Shown here piece by piece: positions 25,922 to 35,885 of a DNA stretch of 64,000 nt. The stretch is from Candidatus Falkowbacteria bacterium (GTDB taxonomy: Bacteria > Patescibacteriota > Patescibacteriia > UBA11705): positions 1,319 to 65,318 of the forward strand of contig DOZJ01000005.1 in the NCBI GenBank assembly GCA_003518055.1, given 5' to 3'. Under the pieces are notes generated by a model that saw nothing but the letters and a program-made list of their open reading frames with translations, did not search any database and had not been told where the DNA came from. Position 1 is the first letter of the stretch. Each line of letters opens with the position of its first letter. The translations under genes and the position numbers were made by a program.

Positions 25922-27551
25922 ACTCCCAAGGTGTGTTATATCTGCCTAAAAATTGGTGCCCTCTCCGCTCCAATTCGACTCCCGTAATTTTAGCATCAAA
26001 ACAATTGACGTATCCGTCGCAAACTGTAATGACTTTACTATTTGCTGGAACTTGGCTAAATGTTTTTTCAAGATTGATAGTTGGAGTATACATTATCGGG
26101 ATATTCACACTTCCAGCAATATGCGATCTATATGGCTCTCTCGTATCAACAAGGACCACACCTTCTGCTACTTTCTTTTTAAGCTCATCCGTACTAAATA
26201 GAATTTGATATTTTGAATCTGTATATTTTTCCCCGAATTTGATTTCTCCAACCCATTTGCCGCCAAATTCAACCCAGCCGTTAGCGCCACCTTCCAAATA
26301 AGACGACACAATTTTTTTGGTTCTCAAAAATTCGGCCACTTCTTCACCTCGTATCCCGGACCAACAAATTACATAAACAAACTTATCTTTTGGTAATTCA
26401 ATCCAACGGCCTGCTTTTATGTCGGCAAACCGCATATGTAAACTTCCGGGGAAATAACCATTTTCGTATTCAATATCTTCTCTGGCGTCTAAAACAATAT
26501 AATCGTTTTGCTGGTTGTCTGTGATATTTTTAAAATCCTGATTTGTAACAAGCATGCTTGCACTTTCATTTTTGGCAAAAAAATCATATTCTTGGGCAAT
26601 TTTACTTTCATCAACGGAAACATTTTGATTATCAATTAACCCTTGAGCCAAAATTTTAACTTCCGATTTTTCCACTCTTACCGGTATCTCGCTTTGTAAC
26701 GCTAAAGTCATCAAAACACCATATCTCGTGAATGTTCCGTCCTCATATAAAGTTAATTCGATTGATGATTTTTTTTCATCAATCCGAACCAATTTATCCA
26801 ACGTTATTTTAGAGGTTTTTAAATACCAACCTTTGAAAGTGTCAAAGCCAACAGTTTTTTTAGACCTTTCATAGGCTTGTTCTAAATTTCCATTGGCAAT
26901 ATTTCCGTAGTATTCGCTTATAAACTTAGCCGAACTATCATTTAAATTTATATTGGAGATAAATTTTTTAGCAGAGGTGTCAATATTTTTGTTATTCTCA
27001 GCACCAATATGTAATTGGTCATTTTCATCATCATTAACCCCGCTGCCGCCAAGTTTTCCTGGACCATTTGGGTTATATCCATTTTTTACTTCCTCTCCGT
27101 CCAAATATCCATCACCATCCGTATCCGGATTATTTAGATCAGTGCCAAAGTTTTTTTCTTCTAAATCAGTTAATCCATCATTATCTGAATCATAATTGAT
27201 ATTTTGACTTGCGGCGTATAGTTGACTTTCTTCAAGCCATTTTTGATATTCGATTTTTTGCTTGTAGATTGCGTAAAAATAAGACGAAACAATAGATATT
27301 ACTATAATAGCGAGAATAGTCAGACTTAAAATTGTTTTTTTATATTTAAAAGCATAATATCTTGTCTTAAAAAATTGGAACAACGTTCCAAAAATGGCAG
27401 TAAAAAATATTGCAACCATTGAAAAAAATTGAGCTACTTGAGTTCCAATATTGAAAATAAAATCAGGTGGAATTACGGCCTGGGCGGGTTGAGGGTAAAA
27501 ATAATACCCAAGAAGTAAAAACGCTGATACTTTTAAAATTTTTTTATTCAT
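25911..27551 (-). CDS. Secreted or membrane protein with TSP3-like Ca-binding repeats and two C-terminal rhodanese-homology domains
   Basis: Signal peptide MNKKILKVSAFLLLGYYFYPQPAQA, taken from the ATG at 27551; the longest ORF begins at 27647. DSDNDGLTDLEE...DTDGDGYLDGEE repeats. The first rhodanese domain has the catalytic loop VICWSGIRGEE; a second rhodanese-like domain follows. Overlaps the previous gene by 11 bp. Confidence 0.6.
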   Translation of the reverse strand: MNKKILKVSAFLLLGYYFYPQPAQAVIPPDFIFNIGTQVAQFFSMVAIFFTAIFGTLFQFFKTRYYAFKYKKTILSLTILAIIVISIVSSYFYAIYKQKIEYQKWLEESQLYAASQNINYDSDNDGLTDLEEKNFGTDLNNPDTDGDGYLDGEEVKNGYNPNGPGKLGGSGVNDDENDQLHIGAENNKNIDTSAKKFISNINLNDSSAKFISEYYGNIANGNLEQAYERSKKTVGFDTFKGWYLKTSKITLDKLVRIDEKKSSIELTLYEDGTFTRYGVLMTLALQSEIPVRVEKSEVKILAQGLIDNQNVSVDESKIAQEYDFFAKNESASMLVTNQDFKNITDNQQNDYIVLDAREDIEYENGYFPGSLHMRFADIKAGRWIELPKDKFVYVICWSGIRGEEVAEFLRTKKIVSSYLEGGANGWVEFGGKWVGEIKFGEKYTDSKYQILFSTDELKKKVAEGVVLVDTREPYRSHIAGSVNIPIMYTPTINLEKTFSQVPANSKVITVCDGYVNCFDAKITGVELERRGHQFLGRYNTPWEYDK

Positions 27552-27739
27552 GCTGTGATTATTGTAGTTTGTTTTTTTTATTTCCAAGCGTCGCCATTTG
27601 GTGATATCAACACCACGCAAAAAACACCTCATTAAATGGAAAACCAATCTGAAAATTTATTTAAACTGCTTGAACGCCTGTCCAACATTAAGGCCGCACC
27701 TCAGGTATGGGATACAAACCACCACGACCAAACCAACGG

Positions 27740-28579
27740 TTAAATCATTTCTTTCATGCCCTGACTGATGACACCCGCCAGCCGCGCCCAATCCTCGACC
27801 GCCAATTCCTGCGCTCTCACAGTCGACTTCAACCCGGCCGCCAGTAAAAATTGTTCAACTTCATTTGCAGACAGTCGAAAACCCGCGGCTAAATTATTTT
27901 TCAGTTGTTTTCTTTTGGCGGAAAAACCGATCCGAACAGTTTGGAAAAATATTTTCTCATCAATCTCAAATCGCGGCCCGGTCACGTCAAAAACCAAAAT
28001 CGCGCTATCCACCCTCGGCACCGGATAAAAACTTTTCGCCGGCACCAAACCCACAATTTTCGGCTCAGCAAAAAACTGCGCCGACACACCGAGCAGACTC
28101 ATTTTTCCCGCCCGAGCAGTCACGCGCTCCGCCACTTCTTTTTGCACCAGCAGCACCATTTTACGCGGTCGAAATTCCGTTTCCAAAAACTGCCGCAAAA
28201 AATGAGCGGTAATATTATAGGGGATATTGGCCACGATTTTATATTCTTTGGTCTCAAAATTATCAACAATCCGTGACGGCGCCACTTTCAAAATACTATC
28301 GTTGATCAGAATTAAATTCTCCGTCTGTCTAAATTCTTTTTTCAAAACATACATCATTTGCCGGTCAAGCTCCACCGCCACGACCAGCTTTGCCTTTGCC
28401 ACCAGTTGCTCGGTCAAAACTCCAAGTCCGGGGCCGACTTCAAGCACCTCATCTTGATCAGTCAAATCCGCCGCCTCGACAATCTGGCGCAGCGCTGTCC
28501 GATCAACCAAAAAATTCTGCCCGGCATCGTGATTGGGTTTAACATTATATTTTGTTATAAGTTTTCGCGGATCAAGCAT
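27740..28579 (-). CDS. rsmA: 16S rRNA (adenine1518/1519-N6)-dimethyltransferase RsmA/KsgA
   Basis: GQNFLVDRTALRQIVEAADLTDQDEVLEVGPGLGVLTEQL and overall KsgA architecture. Confidence 0.9.
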   Translation of the reverse strand: MLDPRKLITKYNVKPNHDAGQNFLVDRTALRQIVEAADLTDQDEVLEVGPGLGVLTEQLVAKAKLVVAVELDRQMMYVLKKEFRQTENLILINDSILKVAPSRIVDNFETKEYKIVANIPYNITAHFLRQFLETEFRPRKMVLLVQKEVAERVTARAGKMSLLGVSAQFFAEPKIVGLVPAKSFYPVPRVDSAILVFDVTGPRFEIDEKIFFQTVRIGFSAKRKQLKNNLAAGFRLSANEVEQFLLAAGLKSTVRAQELAVEDWARLAGVISQGMKEMI

Positions 28580-28697
28580 AAGGAGATTTGAACGATTAAT
28601 AAATTGGTGAGTAAATAAAAAGTAAAACAGTAAATCGAAAATTGATATTACGCCATTCAGGATTGTACTCCCTGTTTTTAAATTAGCTTTTCGAATT

Positions 28698-29396
28698 TCA
28701 AATTTGAAACTTTGAATTTAGCGCCGTGAACAACTCAGGCTCCAAATCCTCAGGCACAAAATAAAACACATCTTTGCCATTTTCTTTGACGGCGCCAACC
28801 TTAACCAGCTTTTCCCCTCTTGGAATTACAGGGTGCCGACCTCCCTGCATATTTTTAAAATAATATTTAGCGATTTTTTCCAGCAATTCAGGACTTAAAA
28901 TCCCTTTAAAAGACCGCCATTTAGAATTATGATGGACATTGCCCCAAAACAGCACCCTGATTTCAAATTCATGATTGCGTTTTTTATAATCCGCCTCAGA
29001 CATTCCCTCCGGTTTAACTGTTGATTGATAACTCTTGGTTGTATTATAATTTCCGCGCTTGATATCCTCTTCATACTCCTCCTTAGTTACCACTGAAAGA
29101 CCATTGCCCCTGTTTATTACCAACCTATCCTGAACATAAGGATCTGTCCCCTCCGGCCATCTAATCAAATTTGTCCCGTGCTTTAAATACGTCCATCCCT
29201 CAGGAATATTTTTCTCCCAATCAATATCAACGGCCTCAAAAATTACGGCCCGGCCGGGATCATCTTTTTTGGCGGTAAAACCCGCCACCTTCATCACTTT
29301 TCCGGCTCGAATAACCAAACTTCCCATCTTCAATTCCTCTGTTGGCGGTTGAACTTGGTTTTTCACCGGCATTGTCGGAAAATTTTCCATCGACAT
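28698..29396 (-). CDS. Hypothetical protein (232 aa)
   Basis: Complete ORF with no recognisable motif. Confidence 0.5.
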   Translation of the reverse strand: MSMENFPTMPVKNQVQPPTEELKMGSLVIRAGKVMKVAGFTAKKDDPGRAVIFEAVDIDWEKNIPEGWTYLKHGTNLIRWPEGTDPYVQDRLVINRGNGLSVVTKEEYEEDIKRGNYNTTKSYQSTVKPEGMSEADYKKRNHEFEIRVLFWGNVHHNSKWRSFKGILSPELLEKIAKYYFKNMQGGRHPVIPRGEKLVKVGAVKENGKDVFYFVPEDLEPELFTALNSKFQI

Positions 29397-29401
29397 AAAA
29401 A

Positions 29402-30493
29402 TTAATTAAGCCTGCTAATAATCGCCTCCGCCGCTTCACCCGTAGCCAAATTCGGCTGGCAGTAATCATCAATCACCACCGGATGATATTCAATTTCGGT
29501 CACGCCCTCTTTATTCATGTGAATCATCAGCCCCAACCCCTCACGCGTATCCTGACTCCACATTTGGTCAAAGACAAAATTGCCCAAACTGTAAAATATA
29601 TATTTTTCTTTGTAAAGTTCCATTTTCTGCACCACGTGAGGATGATGGCCGAGCACCAAATCCGCGCCCGCGTCAATTGCCGCGCGAGCAAATGTCCGCT
29701 GATGCTCTGACGGATCATTCACGTACTCAACGCCGTCATGCATCGAAACAATAATTAAATCCGCGCCCTGCTCTTTGGCTTCATTTATATCTTGAATCAA
29801 TTGCTCCATATCCATAATGGCCATGCCCGCGTTTTTCCCGGTCGCCCGATACTCCACCGGTCCATAACCATACGCCAAAAAAGCCATCTTAATCCCCTTT
29901 ACTTCTTTGATCAGCGGATTAACCATCTCATCCAGCTTTTTCCCCGCCCCAACATACTCAAGCTCATTGGCCTTTAAATATTCAAATGTTTTCGCCCAGC
30001 CCTCTTGACCGAAATTACCAATGTGATTATTCGGCAGACTCAAAATATCAAATCCGGCGATCTTCAACGCCTCAGCCGACCGCGGGTCGGCGCGAAAGGA
30101 AAAAGATCCTGTCGGCACCGGCTCGCCGGCGATTATCGGACTCTCGAGATTACCAATCGCCACATCCGCCGACTGCACCAGTTTACGCGTCGGTTCAAGA
30201 CAATACATAAAATCATTTTTTTGAATCATCTTCTGTTCCACCGTCCGGCTCATCATAATATCGCCAACCACGAAAAGTGTCAATTCTTCTTGCTCTTTTT
30301 TGTGAAACAAAGCGATTTGCTCTCGCTGCCACTTTTGCCAATCAGCAAAATCCACGTATTCAAGTTTCTCTTCCGGCCGCACTTTTTCAAACGAAACCGC
30401 CTTATTTGGCAGCCAAAAAATCAACGCCAAAACTCCAGCCGCCACCAAAACCGCCAACGCTGAGATCAAACTGATTGTCGTGATTTTATTCAT
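29402..30493 (-). CDS. CapA/PgsA-family metallophosphatase (poly-gamma-glutamate/capsule-synthesis-type), membrane anchored
   Basis: N-terminal TM helix. FVVGDIMMSR, GNLESP, NNHIGNFG and GADLVLGHHPHVVQ are metallophosphatase/CapA signatures. Confidence 0.75.
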   Translation of the reverse strand: MNKITTISLISALAVLVAAGVLALIFWLPNKAVSFEKVRPEEKLEYVDFADWQKWQREQIALFHKKEQEELTLFVVGDIMMSRTVEQKMIQKNDFMYCLEPTRKLVQSADVAIGNLESPIIAGEPVPTGSFSFRADPRSAEALKIAGFDILSLPNNHIGNFGQEGWAKTFEYLKANELEYVGAGKKLDEMVNPLIKEVKGIKMAFLAYGYGPVEYRATGKNAGMAIMDMEQLIQDINEAKEQGADLIIVSMHDGVEYVNDPSEHQRTFARAAIDAGADLVLGHHPHVVQKMELYKEKYIFYSLGNFVFDQMWSQDTREGLGLMIHMNKEGVTEIEYHPVVIDDYCQPNLATGEAAEAIISRLN

Positions 30494-30560
30494 TGATTTT
30501 TTAATTCCGCATTACTTGTACGTAATAATTTCAAACCGTCACACAGCTAATACTTCAAAT

Positions 30561-31658
30561 TTACTTTTTCACCTGACTTCTCAAATACGCTTCGATAAAC
30601 GCCATCAAATCACCATCAAGCACTGATTCAACCTTGTCCGTTTCCTCACCCGTTCGATGATCCTTGACCATTTTATATGGATGCAAAACATACGATCGCG
30701 TTTGATTACCCCAAGCCGCCTCCGTGTATTCACCTCGCAATTTTTGCCTTTCTTCTTCCACCTCGGCTTCATAATACTGCTGCAACTTTGACTGCAGATG
30801 GCGAAGCGCTTTTTCTTTATTTTGAATTTGCGACCGTTCATTTTGACATGAAACCACTATACCGGTCGGCAGATGCGTAATTCTAATCGCTGAATCCGTC
30901 GTATTCACACTCTGACCGCCATGGCCGCCGGCCCGAAACGTGTCGATTCGCAATTCGTCCGGTTTAATTTCCACCGTCACCTCATCGTCCAGCCAAGGCA
31001 AAACCTCCACCATGGCAAATGATGTATGGCGCATCTTTTCCGCGTCAAATGGCGATATTCGCACCAGCCGATGCACCCCGGCCTCGGCTTTGAGATAACC
31101 GTAAGCGTACCTGCCCTCCACGTCAAACTGCACACTCTTGATCCCCGCTTCCTGACCAGATGAAATGCTAATTATTTCCGTCTTCCAACCCTGCTTTTCC
31201 GCCAACCGTAAATACATTCGCAAAAGCATCTCCGCCCAATCCTGCGCATCAGTGCCGCCGGTACCGGCATGAATAGTCACGATCGCGGATTTTGTATCGT
31301 ATTTTCCGGCCAAAAACAACTCCAGCTCCATCTGTGAAAACATCTTTTCCAACTTTTCAATTTGAACTTCAAAATCCTCGCGCAAATTAACCGCCTCATC
31401 AGCTGAATCAAGCGCCAGCATTTCCTGTAAGTCTTCAATTTCTTTTTTAAATTTCTGCCACTTCTGAATCTCTTGTTTCAAGGCGCTGGCCGCAGAGCCG
31501 ATTCGCCGCGCTTTTTCTTGATCAGCCCAAAACCCCGGCAGGCTCATTTCTGCTTCAAGCGCATCCATTTTTTCCTGTTTTTTCTGAATATCAACCACCG
31601 CCCATGCTCTGATGAGTCTTTCATTCAAATTATCCAATTTTTGCTGCAAATCATTCAT
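30561..31658 (-). CDS. prfB: Peptide chain release factor 2
   Basis: GGQ motif (GGHGGQSVNTTDSAIR) and the SPF tripeptide (RISPFD). The ORF is continuous from the N-terminus, so there is no programmed +1 frameshift. Confidence 0.9.
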   Translation of the reverse strand: MNDLQQKLDNLNERLIRAWAVVDIQKKQEKMDALEAEMSLPGFWADQEKARRIGSAASALKQEIQKWQKFKKEIEDLQEMLALDSADEAVNLREDFEVQIEKLEKMFSQMELELFLAGKYDTKSAIVTIHAGTGGTDAQDWAEMLLRMYLRLAEKQGWKTEIISISSGQEAGIKSVQFDVEGRYAYGYLKAEAGVHRLVRISPFDAEKMRHTSFAMVEVLPWLDDEVTVEIKPDELRIDTFRAGGHGGQSVNTTDSAIRITHLPTGIVVSCQNERSQIQNKEKALRHLQSKLQQYYEAEVEEERQKLRGEYTEAAWGNQTRSYVLHPYKMVKDHRTGEETDKVESVLDGDLMAFIEAYLRSQVKK

Positions 31659-31888
31659 AAAAATATAGCCCTAACTTACAATTTACCCCCTAGCGTTACC
31701 ATCATTAGTGAAAACGACTTAACCAAACCGTTTTCACTCACGTTGCCACATTATTGCCATTATACTAAAATCAAAATAAAAAATAAAGGTTTCCCTTTAT
31801 TTTAGCTAAAATTGACTAAGACAATTGACCTTTTACCACAAAATGCTACGATGATTGAATCCCACAACCACCACCCCAAGAAAGGAGC

Positions 31889-32203
31889 ATGAATATGGAA
31901 AAAATTTTTGGCATTAACTATGCTTTTCTTCTTATCATTTTGGGATCTTTGCTGGTCGCCTTTAGCTTCATGGCCCGATTCGTTTCCTGGTTTCATGACA
32001 ACTCACCGTTTCATATCGCCATGGGAATCATCGCTTTAAGTGCCGGAGTAGTTTTATTCCTCGCCCCCAACAACCCTGTATCATCTTCGATGATGTTCAT
32101 TAAATTTATTGTTGGTTCTCTGTCTAGTATGAGCGGTCTGTATCTTATTGGTTTTTATTCCTACGCCATGCATCAAAAACGCCATCGTTCTTGCAACTGC
32201 TAA
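31889..32203 (+). CDS. Small hydrophobic membrane protein (104 aa)
   Basis: AAAGGAG RBS before the ATG. Three predicted TM segments. Promoter-like TTGACC-16-TACGAT sequence upstream. Confidence 0.5.
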   Translation: MNMEKIFGINYAFLLIILGSLLVAFSFMARFVSWFHDNSPFHIAMGIIALSAGVVLFLAPNNPVSSSMMFIKFIVGSLSSMSGLYLIGFYSYAMHQKRHRSCNC

Positions 32204-32324
32204 CTCAGCAGTTTTTTTATTATCACGCCAAAAATATATTTTTGTAAAAATGTCCCCCATAAACGACTCGCCATTTTCAAACACTTTTTGTAAAAGTCAC
32301 GTTTATCAACTGGATTATTCACAT

Positions 32325-33515
32325 TCAACTCTCCCGCTTCTCCAATTTCACCTTAACGACTTTCACCTCACCGTCATGCCACACCTTGAGTTCAATTTCG
32401 TCATCGACGCCATACTTCTGAATTTCCGTCGCCAGCGTCACTTTATCCAACTTTACGCCGTTAATTTCTAAAATTATATCATTGGCTTCCAACCCGGCCT
32501 TATCCGCCGGCGATCCCGGCGCCACCGCTAAATCCGCGTCTGTTCGGCCGGCGACAATCAACGCGCCATAATCAACCGAGATTTCGTTGGCTTTGGCCAG
32601 CTCCGACGTGACATTTTGATACCGAACCCCGAGCCACGGCCGGACAATCTCGCCAAATTCCTTGACACTATTGACCACTTGTTTGGCCACATTGATTGGA
32701 ATGGCAAAACCGATTGATTCACCCTCGCGGTTAACAGCGGTATTTATCCCCACCACCTCCCCGCTCAGATTTATCAGCGGCCCGCCGGAATTACCCGGAT
32801 TGATCGCGGCGTCAGTTTGCAGCGCTTCATCAATTATATCCGCCTGAAAATTTGATCCGGCCACCACCCGCCTGTCGATCCCGCTGATGATGCCTTTTGT
32901 CACCGTATTTTGATATTCACCTAGAGTATAACCGATAGCAATCACGGTTTGACCGAGCTCAAGCGCGTCCGAATCACCCAAATTGACCACCGGCAGATCC
33001 ACCGCTTCAATCTTGATTATCGCCAAATCATTATTAAAATCTCGAGCCAAAATTTTGGCCTCAAATTCTCGTCCATCCGCCATAACCACCGAATACTCCG
33101 CCGCTTCATCCGACACCACATGTTTATTAGTTAAAATTAAACCATCAGCACTAACAATAAATCCCGTACCGCCGCCGACTCGTTGCGACTCGCCCGACTC
33201 GGGGTTCAATTGTGGTCCGAACGGATTAAAAGGATCAATCAGCCCTTCGGTCAACTCTTTACTGACAATAATACTGACCACTGACGGCGAAACCTTGGCG
33301 ACCGCCGAGATGGTGGCCGACTCTTCCTCCACCGAGACCACTGTTTTATTTTCAATCATCGCTCTTTCATAATCGGAAAAAAACTTACCGGCCAGCGGCA
33401 AACTTTTGATGGCCGGAGTCAAAAATAACCCGCCCAACACGCCGGCCGAGCCGCCGACGATTAAACTGACGATCACCGTGACAATCAAAAATTCTCGAGT
33501 AAATTTTTCTGCCAT
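32325..33515 (-). CDS. htrA: HtrA/DegP-family serine protease with C-terminal PDZ domain
   Basis: GTGFIVSADGLILTNKHVV and GNSGGPLINLSGEVVGINTAV catalytic motifs. N-terminal TM anchor. Confidence 0.9.
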   Translation of the reverse strand: MAEKFTREFLIVTVIVSLIVGGSAGVLGGLFLTPAIKSLPLAGKFFSDYERAMIENKTVVSVEEESATISAVAKVSPSVVSIIVSKELTEGLIDPFNPFGPQLNPESGESQRVGGGTGFIVSADGLILTNKHVVSDEAAEYSVVMADGREFEAKILARDFNNDLAIIKIEAVDLPVVNLGDSDALELGQTVIAIGYTLGEYQNTVTKGIISGIDRRVVAGSNFQADIIDEALQTDAAINPGNSGGPLINLSGEVVGINTAVNREGESIGFAIPINVAKQVVNSVKEFGEIVRPWLGVRYQNVTSELAKANEISVDYGALIVAGRTDADLAVAPGSPADKAGLEANDIILEINGVKLDKVTLATEIQKYGVDDEIELKVWHDGEVKVVKVKLEKRES

Positions 33516-33640
33516 ATATGTTTATTTTTAATTTATTTATAATAATCAATTTTAAATTTTGGTGTTTCTCCAAAAATCAATTTACCAAATTTTATTACAT
33601 TGTAAAATATCACCGCGCGAGTCTTTTAGTCTTTTTATTT

Positions 33641-33958
33641 CTAAATTTCACCTCCATATTGCCTCAAATCAATCCTGTTGTTTACCACTTTGACTCCCTC
33701 CAGCTCCAATAAAGCGATTTTATGCTTTTGGCTGTGCCGAAACCCGCCGATCGAACCATCAGCACGAACCACTCGATGACACGGAATTTTAACGAAAGAC
33801 TGAGACAAAAAATCCGCCTGATTTTTATTCAACGCGTTGCCCACGGCTCTAGCCGCTGCCGGGCGGCCAATTTTTTCCGCGATCCGGCTATAGGTTAATA
33901 CGCGGCCGGCCGGAATTTCTTTCACCATATCCAAAACTTGTTTTTGAAAATCCGACAT
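33641..33958 (-). CDS. ogt: Methylated-DNA--protein-cysteine methyltransferase (DNA-binding/active-site domain)
   Basis: IPCHRVV active-site motif. Confidence 0.85.
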   Translation of the reverse strand: MSDFQKQVLDMVKEIPAGRVLTYSRIAEKIGRPAAARAVGNALNKNQADFLSQSFVKIPCHRVVRADGSIGGFRHSQKHKIALLELEGVKVVNNRIDLRQYGGEI

Positions 33959-34020
33959 AGCTTATTTCTTTATAAAAAAACCAATCTATCGCTGACTGGT
34001 TTTATCAAAATGTCTAATGT

Positions 34021-34806
34021 CTAAGGTTGACCGGCCATAAACGATGACCGAACCGCCCCAAGTTCACTGAATCGATCACTCATTTCTCTATTGGCCGCGT
34101 ACTGAGCTGATTCAAAAGAATAAATCATTCCTCGCTCCTGATTTTCGCCGATTTTAATCCACTGCGCCCGCTCCGGTTCCGCCGCGATATATTCCTGCCA
34201 CTCAGACTCGGTCCACACTTTGAGCGTAAACAAATCAGGCTGGGCTGAAAAGCCGAAAACATATGTCGCGAGAGGAAACGCACCGTCATGATTTGAATTC
34301 AACCGGTTGGCCACAGTATAACCAGCCCAAGATTCCGGAAAAGAGAAAGAAAAAGCATATTGATTATTAATATATGAAATTTGCGAATCAACCACGTTAT
34401 TATCCGGAGCTTGATCCAGCGTCACCGGCTCATTGGATTCAGTTGTCCGAGTTTTACACTCACCAGCCAGACAAACCAGTTGCTTGCTCAGTACCTGATC
34501 AAAGCCGCACACCGCCCCATCCGGTCGGCCGAAACAATCTTCATCAAACTCCTCGATTCCCGCTGCTGGTGGTGGAACTATTTGACCTGATTTCCATTGA
34601 TCCAAGTCTACCATCAACTGAGCGATTTGCGCCTGCTGAGTCTCAACTATTGGTTTGTGATACCAAAAATAAGCAGCCGCGCCGAAAATTATCAATACTA
34701 TTGTTTCAATTACCGCCGCTAACATATAAAACCGGCTCAATTTTTGGTTGAAGTCTTCTTTCCGTTGATCATCTAAGGATAAATTTGCCTCTGGAATCTC
34801 ATTCAT
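34021..34806 (-). CDS. Hypothetical membrane-anchored protein (261 aa)
   Basis: Single N-terminal TM helix followed by a domain with no recognisable motifs. Confidence 0.5.
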   Translation of the reverse strand: MNEIPEANLSLDDQRKEDFNQKLSRFYMLAAVIETIVLIIFGAAAYFWYHKPIVETQQAQIAQLMVDLDQWKSGQIVPPPAAGIEEFDEDCFGRPDGAVCGFDQVLSKQLVCLAGECKTRTTESNEPVTLDQAPDNNVVDSQISYINNQYAFSFSFPESWAGYTVANRLNSNHDGAFPLATYVFGFSAQPDLFTLKVWTESEWQEYIAAEPERAQWIKIGENQERGMIYSFESAQYAANREMSDRFSELGAVRSSFMAGQP

Positions 34807-34814
34807 ATTTTAGT

Positions 34815-35144
34815 TTATTTCAATAAATTTTTAATCAAATCCGAATCGATTTGCGTCGTGGTGCCGCTCTTCATACCATCAAGCTCCTGAAATAGCTTGT
34901 CATAAGTTTCATAGCTCTTTTTCAAAAACGGCGGCAAAAATACCAACATCAAAATAATCGGCAGGGCGATCAAAACCAGTTTCAATATATTGATTATTTT
35001 AAGCCACAGAATATACTTCCTGATTTTTTCCGCGCTCTCGTATGTTTTTTTAGCGTAATCCAAATTCCGCTCCAAAAGCATTTCCAATCGCTTGTGATCA
35101 TTGCCTTCCATAACGCCCCCCCCATAAAATTCACACATCAGCAC
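34815..35144 (-). CDS. Small membrane protein (up to 109 aa; an internal ATG at 35111 gives MEGNDHKRL...)
   Basis: ORF with one TM helix. The start codon is uncertain. Confidence 0.4.
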   Translation of the reverse strand: MLMCEFYGGGVMEGNDHKRLEMLLERNLDYAKKTYESAEKIRKYILWLKIINILKLVLIALPIILMLVFLPPFLKKSYETYDKLFQELDGMKSGTTTQIDSDLIKNLLK

Positions 35145-35186
35145 CCCAAAATATGGGGGGTGAGAATCTCATGATTAATTTTTAAG

Positions 35187-35882
35187 TCACCTTAACTTAC
35201 AGATACCAAACCAGTCTTTCACCTCTTCCCTTATTATTTCAAGATCTTTCAATAAAAATCTTTTTTCTTGTATAAAATTTTGATCCACCAATTCCGGCGC
35301 CGGCTTGAACCGTTGAATATAAAAAGCGTCCGCACCCTTTACTTGTCTGGCCATTTTCACCACGTCTTCGGGCGTATGCAGTCCGGGCAAAACCGTTGAC
35401 CGAAACTCGTGGGGTAATTTACTATCCATTATTATTTTAACACTTTGCCTCAGTTTATCCAAATCCACCTTGACCCCAACCACGCGTTCATATTTGGCCC
35501 ACGGAGCTTTGATGTCCATAGCCACATAATCAATCAACCGCCTGTTGATTAACTTTTGAATGATACTCGGCCTAAACCCATTTGTATCCAATTTAATCTT
35601 GTAGCCCAAATCTTTTACCGCCGCGCAGAACTCGGCCAAATCTTTTTGCAGCGTTGGCTCACCGCCGGTTATGCACACCGCGTCAAGCAATTTTTTTCTC
35701 GCCCGCAAAAAATCTAAAACGTCTTTGTCCGTTCGCAGATTCGGTTCAAATTTTTCCGGTAATACCAGCCCCGGATTATGGCAAAAATGACAGCGGAAAT
35801 TGCACCCAAGCGTAAAAATCGTGGCCGCCACCTGCCCCGGATAATCCAACAACGTCATTTTTTGCAACCCGCCTATAAGCAT
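35187..35882 (-). CDS. nrdG: Anaerobic ribonucleoside-triphosphate reductase activating protein (radical SAM)
   Basis: CNFRCHFCHN matches the NrdG-type CxxxCxxC cluster. Length and context match NrdG. Confidence 0.85.
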   Translation of the reverse strand: MLIGGLQKMTLLDYPGQVAATIFTLGCNFRCHFCHNPGLVLPEKFEPNLRTDKDVLDFLRARKKLLDAVCITGGEPTLQKDLAEFCAAVKDLGYKIKLDTNGFRPSIIQKLINRRLIDYVAMDIKAPWAKYERVVGVKVDLDKLRQSVKIIMDSKLPHEFRSTVLPGLHTPEDVVKMARQVKGADAFYIQRFKPAPELVDQNFIQEKRFLLKDLEIIREEVKDWFGICKLR

Positions 35883-35885
35883 AGA

